From: the human T2T-CHM13v2.0 reference genome, Homo sapiens | DNA length: 64,000 nucleotides | Direction: 5' to 3' (one strand) | Assembly (NCBI RefSeq): GCF_009914755.1 | Contig: NC_060925.1 | Part shown: positions 50,993 through 64,000 of the stretch, piece by piece | How the letters are laid out: each line of letters starts with the position of its first letter | Position numbering within the stretch: position 1 is the first letter of the stretch | Position numbers and translations under genes: made by a program | The notes under the pieces: model-generated | Database searches by the model: none | The model's input: the letters and a program-made list of their open reading frames with translations, nothing else | Told to the model about the DNA's origin: nothing

Positions 50993-51571
50993 CTGATTAA
51001 AAGGTAGACATTGAATCAGTGTAAGTGAGTAGTGGTGGGGTGGGTGGGTTCTCTGTTTTGCATAATAAAATTGTGTTCCATACAACTAGGGCGCAGGTGG
51101 TATGTCTGGAAGTGTCAGATAAATGACAGGAAAGGTAGAGACTAGCCTGAACCATCTTTCTTAGGAGGCTGGAGGGCATCCTGCACCTGCTACAATCCTT
51201 GGCAAAGTTTAATAGCAACTTTCAGTCTAGTCAATGTTCTCTCTCTACCAAACATGAAAAAATGCTTCTGAGTTGATGTGTTCCACCTCCTGTAAACAAC
51301 ACACTAGGAGGTGGAGAGGCATTTGGGGAAAATTTCTAGCTGAACCAGAAATTTATCTATTTATTGACTTTTTTTTCTGGAAGGAAACATGCCTTTAAAA
51401 ATCATGTTGCCCTGTGATTTTCACTTATCTAGCAAAGTTTTACTTAACATGAATGACATAATCCACGAGTCAAAGGTAATCATGTTTTTCTCATTTTCAA
51501 TCCACAATGAATACATTAGAGATGAGCTGTTCTTCATTGTTGTACTACAATGTATAATTTCCTTAACTTCC

Positions 51572-51869
51572 TTTTCTTTTTCTTTTGAGGCAGGGTCTCA
51601 CTCTTTTGCCCAGGCTGGAGTGCAGTAGTATATCTTCGTTCACTGCAGCCTCGACCTCCCCAGGCTTGGGTGATCCTACCACCTCAGCCTCCCAAGTGTC
51701 TGGGACTACAGATGTGCACCACCAGTCCCAGCTAAGTTTTTGTATTTTTTGTAGAGAATAGGTTTCACCATTGTGCCCAGGCTGGTCTCAAATTTCTGGG
51801 TTCAAACTATATGCCTGTCTCGGCCTCCCAAAGTGTTAGGATTAGAAGCGTGAGCCACTGTACCTGACC
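51572..51869 (-). mobile_element. AluJb
   Basis: Antisense dimer with J-type cactgcagcctcgacctcc; TSD tccttaacttc. Confidence 0.95.
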
Positions 51870-51968
51870 TCCTTAACTTCTTATCATTATTGGTGAGTCT
51901 AATTTTACTTTGAATATTTTACAAGCCTTGTACCTACTACAAAAGTTCCTTAAAAATGAGAGACTCAA

Positions 51969-52367
<399 letters not shown>

Positions 52368-53039
52368 TCATAGTTTTGGGGAAGAAATTATTTGCAAGTC
52401 ATTAACACTCATCAATAGTTTCAAATGTGGAAAGGCAAGATTATTCTGTGGTCATTATGTTCCTGTAATGTCAGGTATTTATTATTCCAAATGCAAACTA
52501 CATTTCCATATCAAAACCTAATGAGATATGAGAACTTTCTAATATTGTATTATATTGGTGATGTGCTTCTTTTTTTTAACCTAGAAATATGTTCAAAAAA
52601 TAGTGAGTCTCATTTAGGCCTTACTTATAAGCCAGCATTTTACTAACACTTCAGCTTGATTAGATGGGATTTATAGATCTTGTCAGTAAATATTCTCAAC
52701 TTAATGTTCTGACTTCTTAATAAACTTTTTGCAATAGAAAAGGTTAGTTAATTAGTATGCTGTTCAACCAGCAAACATTTTAGCACTTCTGGGAAGATGA
52801 ACGTCTAGCTTCAAAACAGATAGGAAATCACAGATGTGATTAATTCATTTTTTAAAAAGAATTGAACAGCATAATACATTTTGTAGAATGTGTTGCTTAA
52901 TGGTCAATAATAATAAGGCATCCAGAAGTAAGTATTTTGACTTATTTCATCCCTTTTCTTTACAATTTAATAATTAGTGGTGTCACTTCTTACTGAAGTA
53001 AAAGATCAGACATGGCCTTACATAGTTTATAATAGTATG

Positions 53040-53320
53040 TGTTGGGCGCTCTGATGCTTTCCTGATGCTCAAGTGTAGGGGAAACCAACTTAAAAAATAA
53101 GCTCACAAATGAATTCCTAATTGCACAATTAGAAAAGGGTTATAAAGAAAATTATCAGAGAACTATGTCATAAAAGAAAATGAAAGATAACACATTTATG
53201 TTTGGTGGGGGAGTATGAAGAAATCTAAGATCTCAAAGAATAAAAAGTAGGAGCCAGAGAAAAAGTGGGAAAGAGTATGGCTTACAGAGGAAATAACTTG
53301 TGCAAAGGCCCTGAACGAGG
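53040..53320 (-). mobile_element. L2 fragment
   Basis: agatctcaaagaataaaaagtaggagccag...cagaggaaataacttgtgcaaaggccctga. Confidence 0.65.
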
Positions 53321-55560
53321 TCAGTAATGAAGTCCCTATTCTCTGTGTTCTTGAAAACTGTTGCAAAACATGTTTTTCTGTAACCAAGTCCAAGAACAGT
53401 GCCTGGTCTTTTCAACGTCAAAAACAACTGCAGATGGATATTCCATAACTTACCACCAACAGACAGTCCACCTGGAACCCTCCAATTCAGAGAGACTGGT
53501 GATTTGGGGTATAAAGATCATCCCAATCAAGTCCCTTCTCTTTACTCCCTACCACTGTCCTATGTTTTGCCTTTATCTTCATTAGCTCCCCAACCTCTGC
53601 TTGGAGCACACTTTTGTTTTGCACAGAAACCTGCTGTCTACCCAAACTGAAGATTGTTTTTAGAAAATAAAGTTCTCCTTTTGCCTCTGTAGATCTCACT
53701 GGTATTTTGTTAACACTAATTACAGTGAGTGGACCAAAAGTAATATGAGTAAATTGATCCAACAAACAAAATGTTGGATGTATACACCTTAAACATTCCA
53801 ATTCATAAATAGCAAGTGCATCAAAACTCCTAAAAGGTTATATGAGAAGGTAATATAATTTCAACTGGTGATTTTCCTTTTTAATATAGCAAATTCCACT
53901 ATTCTCCCCACCACTACAGTACACAAGAGAAATTATTCTACAAGTGAAGATGCTTGAAAGCTAAAACTTACAACTTAAAAATAATGAAATCTTACCGCCT
54001 AAACAGGAAGATGAAATATGATGATATGCCTAATTTTTTAACCTTGGCTTCTTATATTGTCTATATAAATATCCATTAAAATTCACATTTTAGGATATAT
54101 ACATACATTAGTGGTGACTTTTGATTAAAATACTGCATTTCAAATAGTTTAGTAATAGTTCATGTTTATTTTGCACTCAAACATGAATATTACTTTGAAA
54201 ATCTAAAAGGATACATATTACCTGCTGCCTAATATGAGAGTACAGTCATATTTTCCTTACTTTATCAATAATTTCTTATTTGATAATTCTTTTGGACAAA
54301 TTTACATTGCTTTCAAGAGTATAATTCTTTAATTATAAGAATCAAGCAGACTATGTGGAAACACTTCTATATACTAATTGATTAGTGTGATATATTTCTC
54401 TTGAATGCCTTATATTAATTATGAATCCCCTGTCCTCTACTCCTTGTTATAAAAGTCTCTGTTTGGATCATGTTATATTCTATTTTAAATGCCAAGTTTC
54501 CCACACTGCTTACATTTTTGAAAGTCGAAACCTCTCCTTCCCCATGTCATCTACATATACATATATATATTTTTTTAAACTTAAAAAGAAACTATTAGAT
54601 ATTTTATGTAATTCTCTATTATTTCAATTATTTCCCATGTAAGTATTTGATAAACTAAAATTTTGGAATCCACTAACTTCAAAACTACTGGCATTTTGAT
54701 AGCAAGCCTTAACCCAAGCCAATCTCAGGTTAGGAATACCTACGAGGGTGAATTATGATGAAATTGGAATGGCTCTTCTTTCCCTCCAAGCTAGCCAAGA
54801 AAAGTATTTTCCTTTCTCTTTTCCTTTCCACTTTTAATCTCTGCCTTCCTCACTCCCACAGTCAATTTTCAAAATAGTGGATTAAATATTTCCTTTTTTT
54901 TAAGCTTTGATCCAAAGGGTATGATTCTTAAAGTATGATAAAGTATCTTGCTAAGACTTTACGAGGCCTCAAACCCAGTTTGTAGTACTTTTCTTCTCTC
55001 TGTGGACACATTTTTTTATACTTCAAATAAAAATCTTTAGATGATCAATTTTCCAATTAAAATTGAAAATACACCAAATAACTAGAAGTGGTGTTTGATG
55101 TTTCAAGGTGAACATGAACTTCATTTCATTTTAAATGTTTTTTAAAAGGAAAATGCTTCATTTATTCAATTCTTTGGTTTATGAAGCCCTTAGAATTTGC
55201 ATAAACCAAAATTTGCGCAGAGAAGATAGTAAAGTAAGTGATTATTTATTATTTTATTACATAAGAATCTCAATAATGAATAAGAAGTTAAACTAATAGG
55301 ATAATTCAGTGAAATTTGGTGTGATCTTCTGAAGTTAACTGTCAAATTTTATCTTTGTTCGGTTTTTACACTAAATGAAGGCAAAACAAATGTAATCTAA
55401 TATAAAATTTCTTATTAAAATATACTTTTGTATATAGATCAGAAAATCATAGTCACTGAATAACTATTAATTACACTTTCATACATTTTTATAGCTTGAC
55501 ATTTCAAAAAATAACTCATTCATATAAAATAAAAATCCAGATTTTCTTGTAGTTGTATCT

Positions 55561-55904
55561 TTTACTTTTATTTTATTTTATTTTATTTTATTTTATTTTT
55601 TTGAGATGGAGTCTCACACTGTCGTCCAGGCTGGAGTGCAGTGGTGCGATTTTGGCTCACTGCAGCTCCACCTCCCGGGTTCACACCATTCTCCTGCCTC
55701 AGCCTCCCGAGTAGCTGATACTGCTGGCGCCCGCCACAACGCCCGGCTATTTTTTTGTATTTTTTGTTTTGTTTTGTTTTGTTTTAAGTAGAGACAGAGT
55801 TTCACCATGTTAGCCAGGATGATCTCGATCTTCTGAACTTGTGGTCTGCCTGCCTCGGCCTCCCAAAGTGCTGGGATTACAGGTGTGAGCCACCGCACCC
55901 AGCT
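55561..55904 (-). mobile_element. AluY-like
   Basis: Y diagnostics gggttcacaccattctcc and tgttagccaggatgatctcgatc; (TTTTA)n tail; TSD tgtagttgtatcttt/tgtagttatatcttt. Confidence 0.93.
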
Positions 55905-56057
55905 GTAGTTATATCTTTTAAAAGTCCATGTAACTAGATAAATATTTTGCACTTTCAAGTTTAAATTTGCAGGCAAAATAAAATTTTATAAAGTCTTACA
56001 CAGTTTACTTAGTTTTACTTTTTATTTTCTCTTAAAGTCTTACTGACTTTTGAGAAG

Positions 56058-56290
56058 TGGTATTTTATAATGATTAAAAGTAAAGGCTCCAGAGGCTGGG
56101 TTTGAAACCCACTGCCACCACCATCTACTAGCTAATCAATATTTTAACTTGTTTAATCTCACTGTGTCTCAGTAAGGCATGGACTGTAACAATACCTATC
56201 TTTTAAGGTTGTTGTGAAGATTAGTTGAGTAATATATGAAAAGTGGCTACAACATATCTGATACACACATAAAGTATTAACTATTGTTGT
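56058..56290 (+). mobile_element. MIR
   Basis: atgattaaaagtaaaggctccagaggctgggtttgaaaccc...tactagct...aatacctatc...ggttgttgtgaagatta. Confidence 0.8.
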
Positions 56291-57134
56291 CAATCTATCC
56301 AGATTATTTGATAATGTAAATTGCCTAGGAAAGACTGCCAGGCTTTCCACGTCCTGCCTCACTATTTTCCTCTATGGCACAGGACTCTGATTTGTACTTC
56401 ATAATATTACCCAGGGTCAACTTTACCCCCCAAAATTTCCTTTTTAGAAAAAGAGATCTAAAATGGATTAATAGAAAAAAATATAATCTGGGCCTTAAGT
56501 TCAAAAACGTTAACCACTAAGCAAAATTTTAGACTGTTTTCTTCTGCCCCCATGCCTTCCCATTTCATGCTTCGCAAAAGATTCATAGAGTGGGAAGAAT
56601 ATTACATGCTGTGGTTCAGAGAAAACCAGGGAAATCATACAATTTCTCTAAGAACTGACAATGCCTTGGCTGAGAGTTTCTTGAAATTAGACAAGCTGCT
56701 TTACATATAATATTGGCCTCACGTGTTGACTCATTCTTAGGGGAAGAATGTTGTACTTACACATTACAGAGATCTCTGGGATCATTAAAATGTTTGAAAA
56801 TGATCAAAGAAATCAAGAAAGTTTAAGTAATTTGGTTGATACCCCCATATCTCTTTCTGTGTGCCCTTTGCATTGGAAATGAAATCTGTTCCCTTTCTTT
56901 ACACTGAAGCAAATCTGGCTCCTGGCTTAAAACCTCTGATCATAATTCTTCTCTTAATATTTGTCTGTGTTGTAGGGTCAAGAGTGACCTCCAGAGGTTT
57001 AAACACAGCTGCATAGCCCCTGTCCTATAAAATGATGGAATAATTGATCTTTTAACAGGAAAAAGAACAAGAAGCAGTGGGAGGAGAGCGAACATCCTTA
57101 GAAAATCTACCTATGACCATGACAAATCAAACAA

Positions 57135-57695
57135 CTGTATAGACCTGGACTGATCATGTCCCCAGATCATAATAGTTTATTGTCCACTTTAGGCTGAAGA
57201 ATGACTGGAAAAAAAAATTTAAAACGGAAACAACATAATTCCTTTGTCTGTAGGAAACAATACTGGAAACAGTCATATTCTCCCACCATTATGTTAAATA
57301 ATACAGGGTGCAGGCCTATTTTTCTGTCCTTCTGCCAAACACGAAGGCTGTTTTTTAAAAATCATAGATGCTGGCTCTAGGAAATGCTTGTTCCTTGGAG
57401 ATAAAACACATTGCTTATCAAGAATCATTTCAAGACCCTGTCACTCTCTGCTCGCCCATACAAAACTATTATGTCATAACTCTGCCCTGTCCCAACCAAT
57501 TACCTACTTTGCAAGACCTACGTTAAAATCACCCACCACAGACAGTAAAATCTCTAAATACTCTTTCTCATTTTCCTATTTTGAGTATCTACAAAGAATC
57601 TCTGAACTTAGTGTTTTTCCTTACTGAACTAAATCTTAGCTTTACTTGATCAGCAAATTTTTCTAGCAGCCGTAGGAAGTCTATAGTTAATAACA
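57135..57695 (+). mobile_element. Old ERV1-type LTR (MER67/MER31-like)
   Basis: cttgttccttggagataa...actctgccctgtcccaaccaat...ttaaaatcaccc...ccttactg..cttagctttacttgatcagca resembles the MER67 3' end; boundaries uncertain. Confidence 0.45.
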
Positions 57696-58785
57696 TCTAA
57701 TAACAGGTAAACTGCAAGTAAATATTACTGTTTTTTGGACTATAAAAATTTTCTCAAAAGTTTACATCTGTGTTAAACTTCAGCTTTTCTGGATGAAGTG
57801 GCATTTCCCTCAAAAACATACAAAACTAAATAAAAAATAAAACTAAAATAAACTTTTGAGTATGATTAAGCTTATTAACAGATTTTATACTAAAATTCGC
57901 AGCAATGTAAAATTTGGAATTTAGAATATTATAATTATATTCAACTCGACTTTTAATAATTCATTTAAATTGTTATTAATTATATAATCAAATTTTATTA
58001 ACATTTATTCTGAATAAGAAAATTCATAATTATTAGAGAGTATCTCTAATTTTATTTAAAAATTTATGTTTTAAAGTTTCATAGGAAAATTTCCAATATA
58101 GGGCTATTTTGAATAATAAATTTTCATAGCATTTTAAAAATTCCGTGTTATCACTCAGATTTTAAAATTCCTTGGTTATGTCTAAGAGTGAAGATGATTT
58201 TATTTCAAAGAATACAATTGCTTTTCCTATCCTAGCTTACATTCATTGTATATTTTAGTGTATTTTATTTCTTAAATATAAGTGAGATGCTTAAAAAAAT
58301 ATGTACTCTTCATTACTTAGTCATTATAATAGTTTTGAGCTTCTGATTTTTCTTCTTAAATGGAAAATGCAAAAATACACATGGTATTCTAGCATTTGGC
58401 CTGCTTATTTTCTAACTTGGTAATATAAAAGCATTTTTAAATGAGTAAAACACTTTTATACTCATAAATTTTCTTCTTTAGTAGTACAGAGTAAATGACT
58501 TATCACTCGCTCTGGTCCTGGTAAGTAGACTTGGTGAAAACTTTTCTCCTCACAGGTCTAATATTTATTTTGCACAGTAATTTGCCATTTCATATACATT
58601 ATAACTTTGATTTTCTCACCAATTTAATTCTTTCTGATGTAGTTAGCATCTAAATTGTTTTTTAAATAATAAAATAGATTTTATTTTAAACATGTTCTAT
58701 ATAAATTTATTATTTTCATCTGCAAATGGTACATAAAGTACTTTTAGTTGATATAACCTTAAAAAATAAAAATTTCAATGTATAC

Positions 58786-58850
58786 ATTATATATACTCTC
58801 TCTCTCTCCATATATATATATATACACACACACACATACACATACATATG
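58786..58850. repeat. Compound (TC)n(TA)n(CA)n microsatellite
   Basis: ctctctctctctcc atatatatatatatat acacacacacatacacatacata. Confidence 0.9.
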
Positions 58851-59668
58851 TAGAATCCAATCTTAAGTGGCAAACATTCTTATATTTAACCATTGCATGA
58901 CAACTGAAATATAAACAAAACAGAAATAGTGATTTTGGCATTGCCAACATAGAAGATTGGAATTTAAATAACATAATGTCAAAAATAAAGTAATTTGATT
59001 CTTTTAAGGACTAAAGTAACTTTTTAAAATGCACTTGTAAATTCTGTCTGATTGATTTTCTGTTTCTGAAGAATAAAAAGACAGACATAGAATTGTAGCT
59101 ACCACCAAAGGATCCAAGATTATAACTAAAAAACAAATCAATACTTAATTTTAAAACGTCCCCATGGAAAGTTTTAGAAATATAACATAAACTTTCTATA
59201 CTAGCCCCTGCTGAGAAAACCACATACATGCATGTCCTTGTTTTTGCTTAAAATTGATTTTCTCTGATTTCAGTGCTTCCTCCGTTTTTACTATTGCAAA
59301 CACCCAAGACTATCAACTCATGTACCTCAACTAATAAAAATGAACCAGCAAAAGACTTTGTTAACAATGTATTTATTCAGTGTATTAGAAAGTTCAAAGT
59401 TTTGATTCTACTCTAGAACATAGATGTTTTAGTACATAATCTGGACTAACAGTGACCACATTAATGTAACTGCAATTCATTCAATTGTTCCAGTTTTATG
59501 GAAGTAATGTGGCATAGTTTTCATCACATGCACATAAAACAGTTCTAAATTATTTGTTTATTATTTAGCAATTATTTGATGAGTGTCTCATATGATAGGG
59601 AACCTCGTCTTCTGAGGGCCAAACAAGCTAAGAGTTAAATCTTATCAATTATGTGCCTACTGTATACC

Positions 59669-60050
59669 TGTATTAGTTTGCTCGGGCTTCCATAACAAAA
59701 TCCACAGATTGGGTGGCTTAACAACAGAAATGCATTTTCTCACAGTTCTGGAGGCTGGAAGTACATGATCAAGATGCTGGCAAATTAGGTCTCTGGTGAG
59801 GGCTCTATTCCTGGCTTGCAGATGGCTGCCTTCTCTCTGTGTCCTCACATGGCCTTTTCTTCATGTGCAAGTGAGCTCCAGTGTCTCTTCCTCTTTTGTA
59901 AGGACAATAATCCCATCAGACCAGAGCCTCGCACATGACCTCATCTAACCCTACTTATCTGTCAAAAGCCCCATCTCCATTTACCATTACACTGGGAGTT
60001 AGGGCTTGGACACAGGAATTTTCACAGGGGACGTATTGCAGTCCACAACC
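59669..60050 (-). mobile_element. MLT1A-type solo LTR
   Basis: tgtattagtttgctcgggcttccataacaaaatccacagattgggtggctta...ctcacagttctggaggctggaa...cagtccacaac. Confidence 0.92.
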
Positions 60051-63000
60051 ATTTGAAGCACAGCATATAAGTTTGACTGTGTCTTTTTCTTTGTCTCTTA
60101 TAAAACATCTTTATGAGCAAGAATTCAGTAGAAGTCATCTGTGTAGTTTTCTAACAAAATCAGTAACAAAATAAAAACCTAAGATTCATCACAGTGAAAA
60201 CTAGTTAAGTAATAAACAAATATACTGAATAATTACCCAGTAGGAAAAAAACTATTGAGCTGCAAAAATTCGCTCAACAGAGACCATAATATACTTAACA
60301 TGAAAAATGCAAAGGAATGCTTTTAAAATATTGTTCAATGGTAAATGTGGAATGTAAAAACTGTGCCAAATGAAGTTTGGCAAATTAAAATAAAACCAAA
60401 TTACTAGGTATGTATTCCTATTTCAGGGTGCAATTTTGCACCAAATAAAATAATCTCATACAGTTTGAATTCACCAAGATTTCAGGAAAGTTTTTAGGAG
60501 ACTTCTTTTTTTAAATTTATTTTCAGAAACTCAGAAGACTGTAGACTTTTTTTTTTAAATGGCCAAAAGAGTAAGAGATAGGGTTAATTCAGAATGAAGA
60601 ATCACATAACTGAGACCTTTGTCTCAGATTGTTTCAGAAACAGCAAATGCTGGCTTCAAACACAGCAAAGAACTGGCACTGCTTACTCTAGGGCCATTTG
60701 TAAACAACCAGGTTCAAGGACCTCCTAATACAGAGATCCATTAAAATGAATGCTAGAAGTCAAATTAGAAATTGCTACCAGTTTTATAGCAGGTTTTCAT
60801 TCTGTTTTTATACTACTTGGTTTAATGAGGTATAACAACATTATATTGCTGCTTTAAATACATGTTAGTTCTTTACATATGTTTTAATATCTGTCTATCC
60901 ATCTGCCCATCTATTTTCTCATGATCTCTTATCTAATCCTAAGGCTCCCACCTGAATTGTTATGCTGACTCTGCAACTCTAATAAGCAGTATTTGATCGC
61001 TAGAAGAGATGTCTTACTCTAAAGAAAACTAAAGACACATTTAAGTTTCTCAACAACTCTCAATCAAGCCTGCCTTACAAAGAACGCTATAGTAGATTTA
61101 GGAAAGAAGTATACTTATAAAATGTTTTATTTGTATGATGAAAAAATTTAGTATATGTTGCATGATAAATTAAATGATATAGCTGGTATTTTATCCAACC
61201 CCCCCATAATTCAATTATACTTTAAAAATTTCAGAAGTCCAATAATAAGAAAGCTCCATGGTCTTTATAAGTGTGACCTTCAACATTAAAATGCTACATT
61301 AAAAAAAGTGCCAATTTAGCATAAATACTGTAGTTTTGCTATTTTACAAGAAATTTAGCAACAGGAAATAACATATGCTATAACTCTGACCATGTGCCTA
61401 TAAAATGGGAGAAAATAGCATTTAAATTCAATGAACTACTCATACTGGGAAGATACTAAAAACAGCCTAGGTCGGTAATCATGCTGGCTTTGTAACTTTT
61501 TGCTAATGATGGTGTAACTGAAAAGCTTTTAAAGTAAGGTTTTTGCTATCTGCATACTTACGAAAGCAAACTAAAGTGTCACATCTTATTAAGGTAACAA
61601 ACAAATAAAATATTATGTGCATGTACACATACACATTTTTACATTCATATTTAGTATCATGATACATTTATATTCACTTATAAAGTTATTTTTACTTAAT
61701 TATTGCTCATTTTATTGCTGAAGGAATAATACAGAAATTCAAATGAATCCAAGTATCTCTCAATAAATGCTAGAAATATTTAAGAGGCAAGCAACTTCAG
61801 CAGTAAAGTAGCACATGAAACGATTTTTAAAAGTTTTGCTAGGTTAGCGGAATGGCAATTGCTTTTGATCAAAACAAAGTCAATAGATAAGGGGAATAAA
61901 GATACATATCATAAGCAACCACCCTTATGCGAATTACCATGTTTTTGTTCTATTGTGCAATGTTTATCATTTGTCACTCTGTTTTTATTTTTATTTATCT
62001 TTTGTCTTCCCTTTAAAAGTACTTTTCTATAAGTATACAACATCATACCATGTGTTTTGTATTTGCTACAGGTGAAATAAAGTTGTTTAATTAACTCTAC
62101 TGATCATGGACATTTGGCCATTACAGTCTTAAGATTCCATATGCTTGTTCCTTATATGGTACTATGCTCCACTGAGGCTATTTGAGTAAAGACTGTTAAT
62201 GAAGAACATTTTAAAATGAAATATAAATCCTTCTTTTGTTTGATGGGACCAACCCTCTTTTTAGAATATGGTATGTTGACAGAGCATAATTAATGATTTA
62301 ATAAAAAGCAATTCAGGATGTGATGAAGATACAACTTTACATTCTGTCTCCCACCAATTCCTTCTAACTTTATTTAGTAAGGAAAATCTTCCCCTGCTAC
62401 TGGATGAAATATGCAGTATGCTTCTTGACTTCTCTGCTTATTCACAGAAAATAGGCAGTCATTATGTCACCCTCTCAATTCACTAAGAAATAATAATCAT
62501 GTCTAAAATATTAACTAAGGATCTGGATTTAATTTTGTGTTAAGCTACTTTTTCCCTGGACTCAGACCTGTTTCAGGCTGGAATATTTACAATAAGATAT
62601 GAGAGGAGAGAGTGGTTAGTTTCTCTCTATTTCTCAGGTTTATATTTTCTCTTTCTCCCACTTTTCCTGCCGCCCTTCAACAAGCAGAGTCTGATCCATC
62701 CCTAGTAGGGAAGTGGGGTGTTGACAGGAGTGATAAAGAAGTAGGAAAACTCTTAGGGACGTATTTTAATGATCGTTCACTGTCTCTGGATCGAGTAGAT
62801 TATTATAGGTCAACAAGGAATGATGCTATACAGACAAAATTTTTAGAAGATCAGAAGGATTACAAAGTAATATATTTGATTTTAATTTATAAAATCCATA
62901 TGTTTTGGTATATAACCAATGACTTTGAGGCTTCTGACTGTGCTCCAAGAATTGAAATTTGGTTCCTTCCTTCCTATAAACCACATTCATTATGTGCTTT

Positions 63001-63072
63001 TGGATTTGTTTTTTTCCATGGAGAACATAAAGTTTTGAGTGCAGAATGCTTACAGATTTTGTTTTTATCCCC

Positions 63073-63573
63073 TTGGTATGCTGAAAGCCCCTCCCAAAGA
63101 TGTCTATGTCCTAATCCCTAGAACTTTCCAATTGTTACCTTACATGGCAAAAGTAACTCTGTAGATGTGATTAAGTTAAGGGTTGTGATACTGGGAGATA
63201 AGCTTGGATTATCTGGTTGGGCCCAATGTAATCATAAAAGTTTTTATAAGATAAAAGTAGTAAGGTCAGAGTCATTCATAGAAGGAGATGTGACCGCGGA
63301 AGCAGAGGCCCAAATGACGTGATTGCTGGATTTTAGGATGGAAGAGAGCTGTGAGCCAAAAAACATGGAAAGCCTTCAGCAGTTGAAAAAGGCAAGGAGA
63401 AAATTTTATCCTTGAGCTTCCTGAAGGAATATGGTCCTTTGACACCTTAATTTTAGCCCTTTGAGCCTGATTTTGAACCTCTGATCTCCATAACTTTAAG
63501 ATAATAACTAGTTTTTATTTTAAAAGAAAATGTAATTGTAGTAATATGCTACACAACAGCAGGAACCAATATA
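63073..63573 (+). mobile_element. MLT1D-type solo LTR
   Basis: cccaaagatgtctatgtcctaatccctagaac...ttaccttacatggcaaaag...gatgtgattaagttaagg...ctggttgggcccaatgtaatca...aaaaggcaagga. Confidence 0.9.
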
Positions 63574-64000
63574 TTTTTCTGTCCAGTCTTTTCAACAATT
63601 ATCACATCCACAACTAATTTGATAGACTCTTGTAGGAGCCTTGAATTTGTTTTTTAAATTGTCCAATTTAGTTTTATAAAACAACAATACTTTTTTGCCT
63701 TTGTATCTCATTGCTTAGCACAATATTAAATTTTCTAATTATAAAAACAATTAAATTGTCATTTGTAAACAAACACAACTACTCTTTGTAAGAATGTAAC
63801 TCTAAAAGTAGAAAGAAAAATGACTGGACTTATCAGAGTACAGTCTGTTCACGTGGCACTTTTTTTGTGCTAAGATATAACCTAGTATGTTTTTAAAAAG
63901 AAATGGAGCCAGACCCCATTCACAGCAGAAATGGCATAAAGGAAAGTTTGTTGGAAGACTTTTTTCTGTAAATTCACAATAACGAGACAAAACTGTGTAT

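Noticed and set aside
53360-53800. Cluster of overlapping 65-104 aa ORFs
   Set aside because: No homology recognised and no splice-site framing; likely old repeat or chance.
62612-63121. Longest ORF in the track (169 aa)
   Set aside because: GTG start, no recognisable domain, and it runs through an LTR-like fragment into MLT1D; consistent with a chance open frame.

Overview
AT-rich, CpG-poor primate genomic DNA, most likely human: it carries AluJ/S/Y, FAM, THE1B, MADE1, MLT1, MIR and L2 elements. I find no credible protein-coding gene, RNA gene, CpG island or CRISPR array, and no prokaryotic content. Repeat family and subfamily names come from recalled consensus sequences, not from a RepeatMasker run, and most boundaries are approximate. 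The only well-formed gene element is a 105-nt + strand internal exon (33410-33514, AG/GTAAGT). From memory it resembles an upstream 5'-untranslated exon of FOXP2, which would place the window in the long 5' introns of FOXP2; this is unverified. The exon holds a complete 19-codon uORF with a strong Kozak context. The only ORF with clear protein homology (10491-10922) is a decayed hAT Charlie/Buster transposase. The most unusual structures are three separate inverted-duplication sites: a PATRR-like AT palindrome (688-1018), a tandemly duplicated MADE1 with a templated inverted copy of its host MIR (22241-22569), and a 31-bp-stem hairpin (30262-30340). There is also a probable MER121-type ancient repeat and several repeat-free intervals that could be conserved enhancers. 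I see no evidence for a genuinely new biological system.
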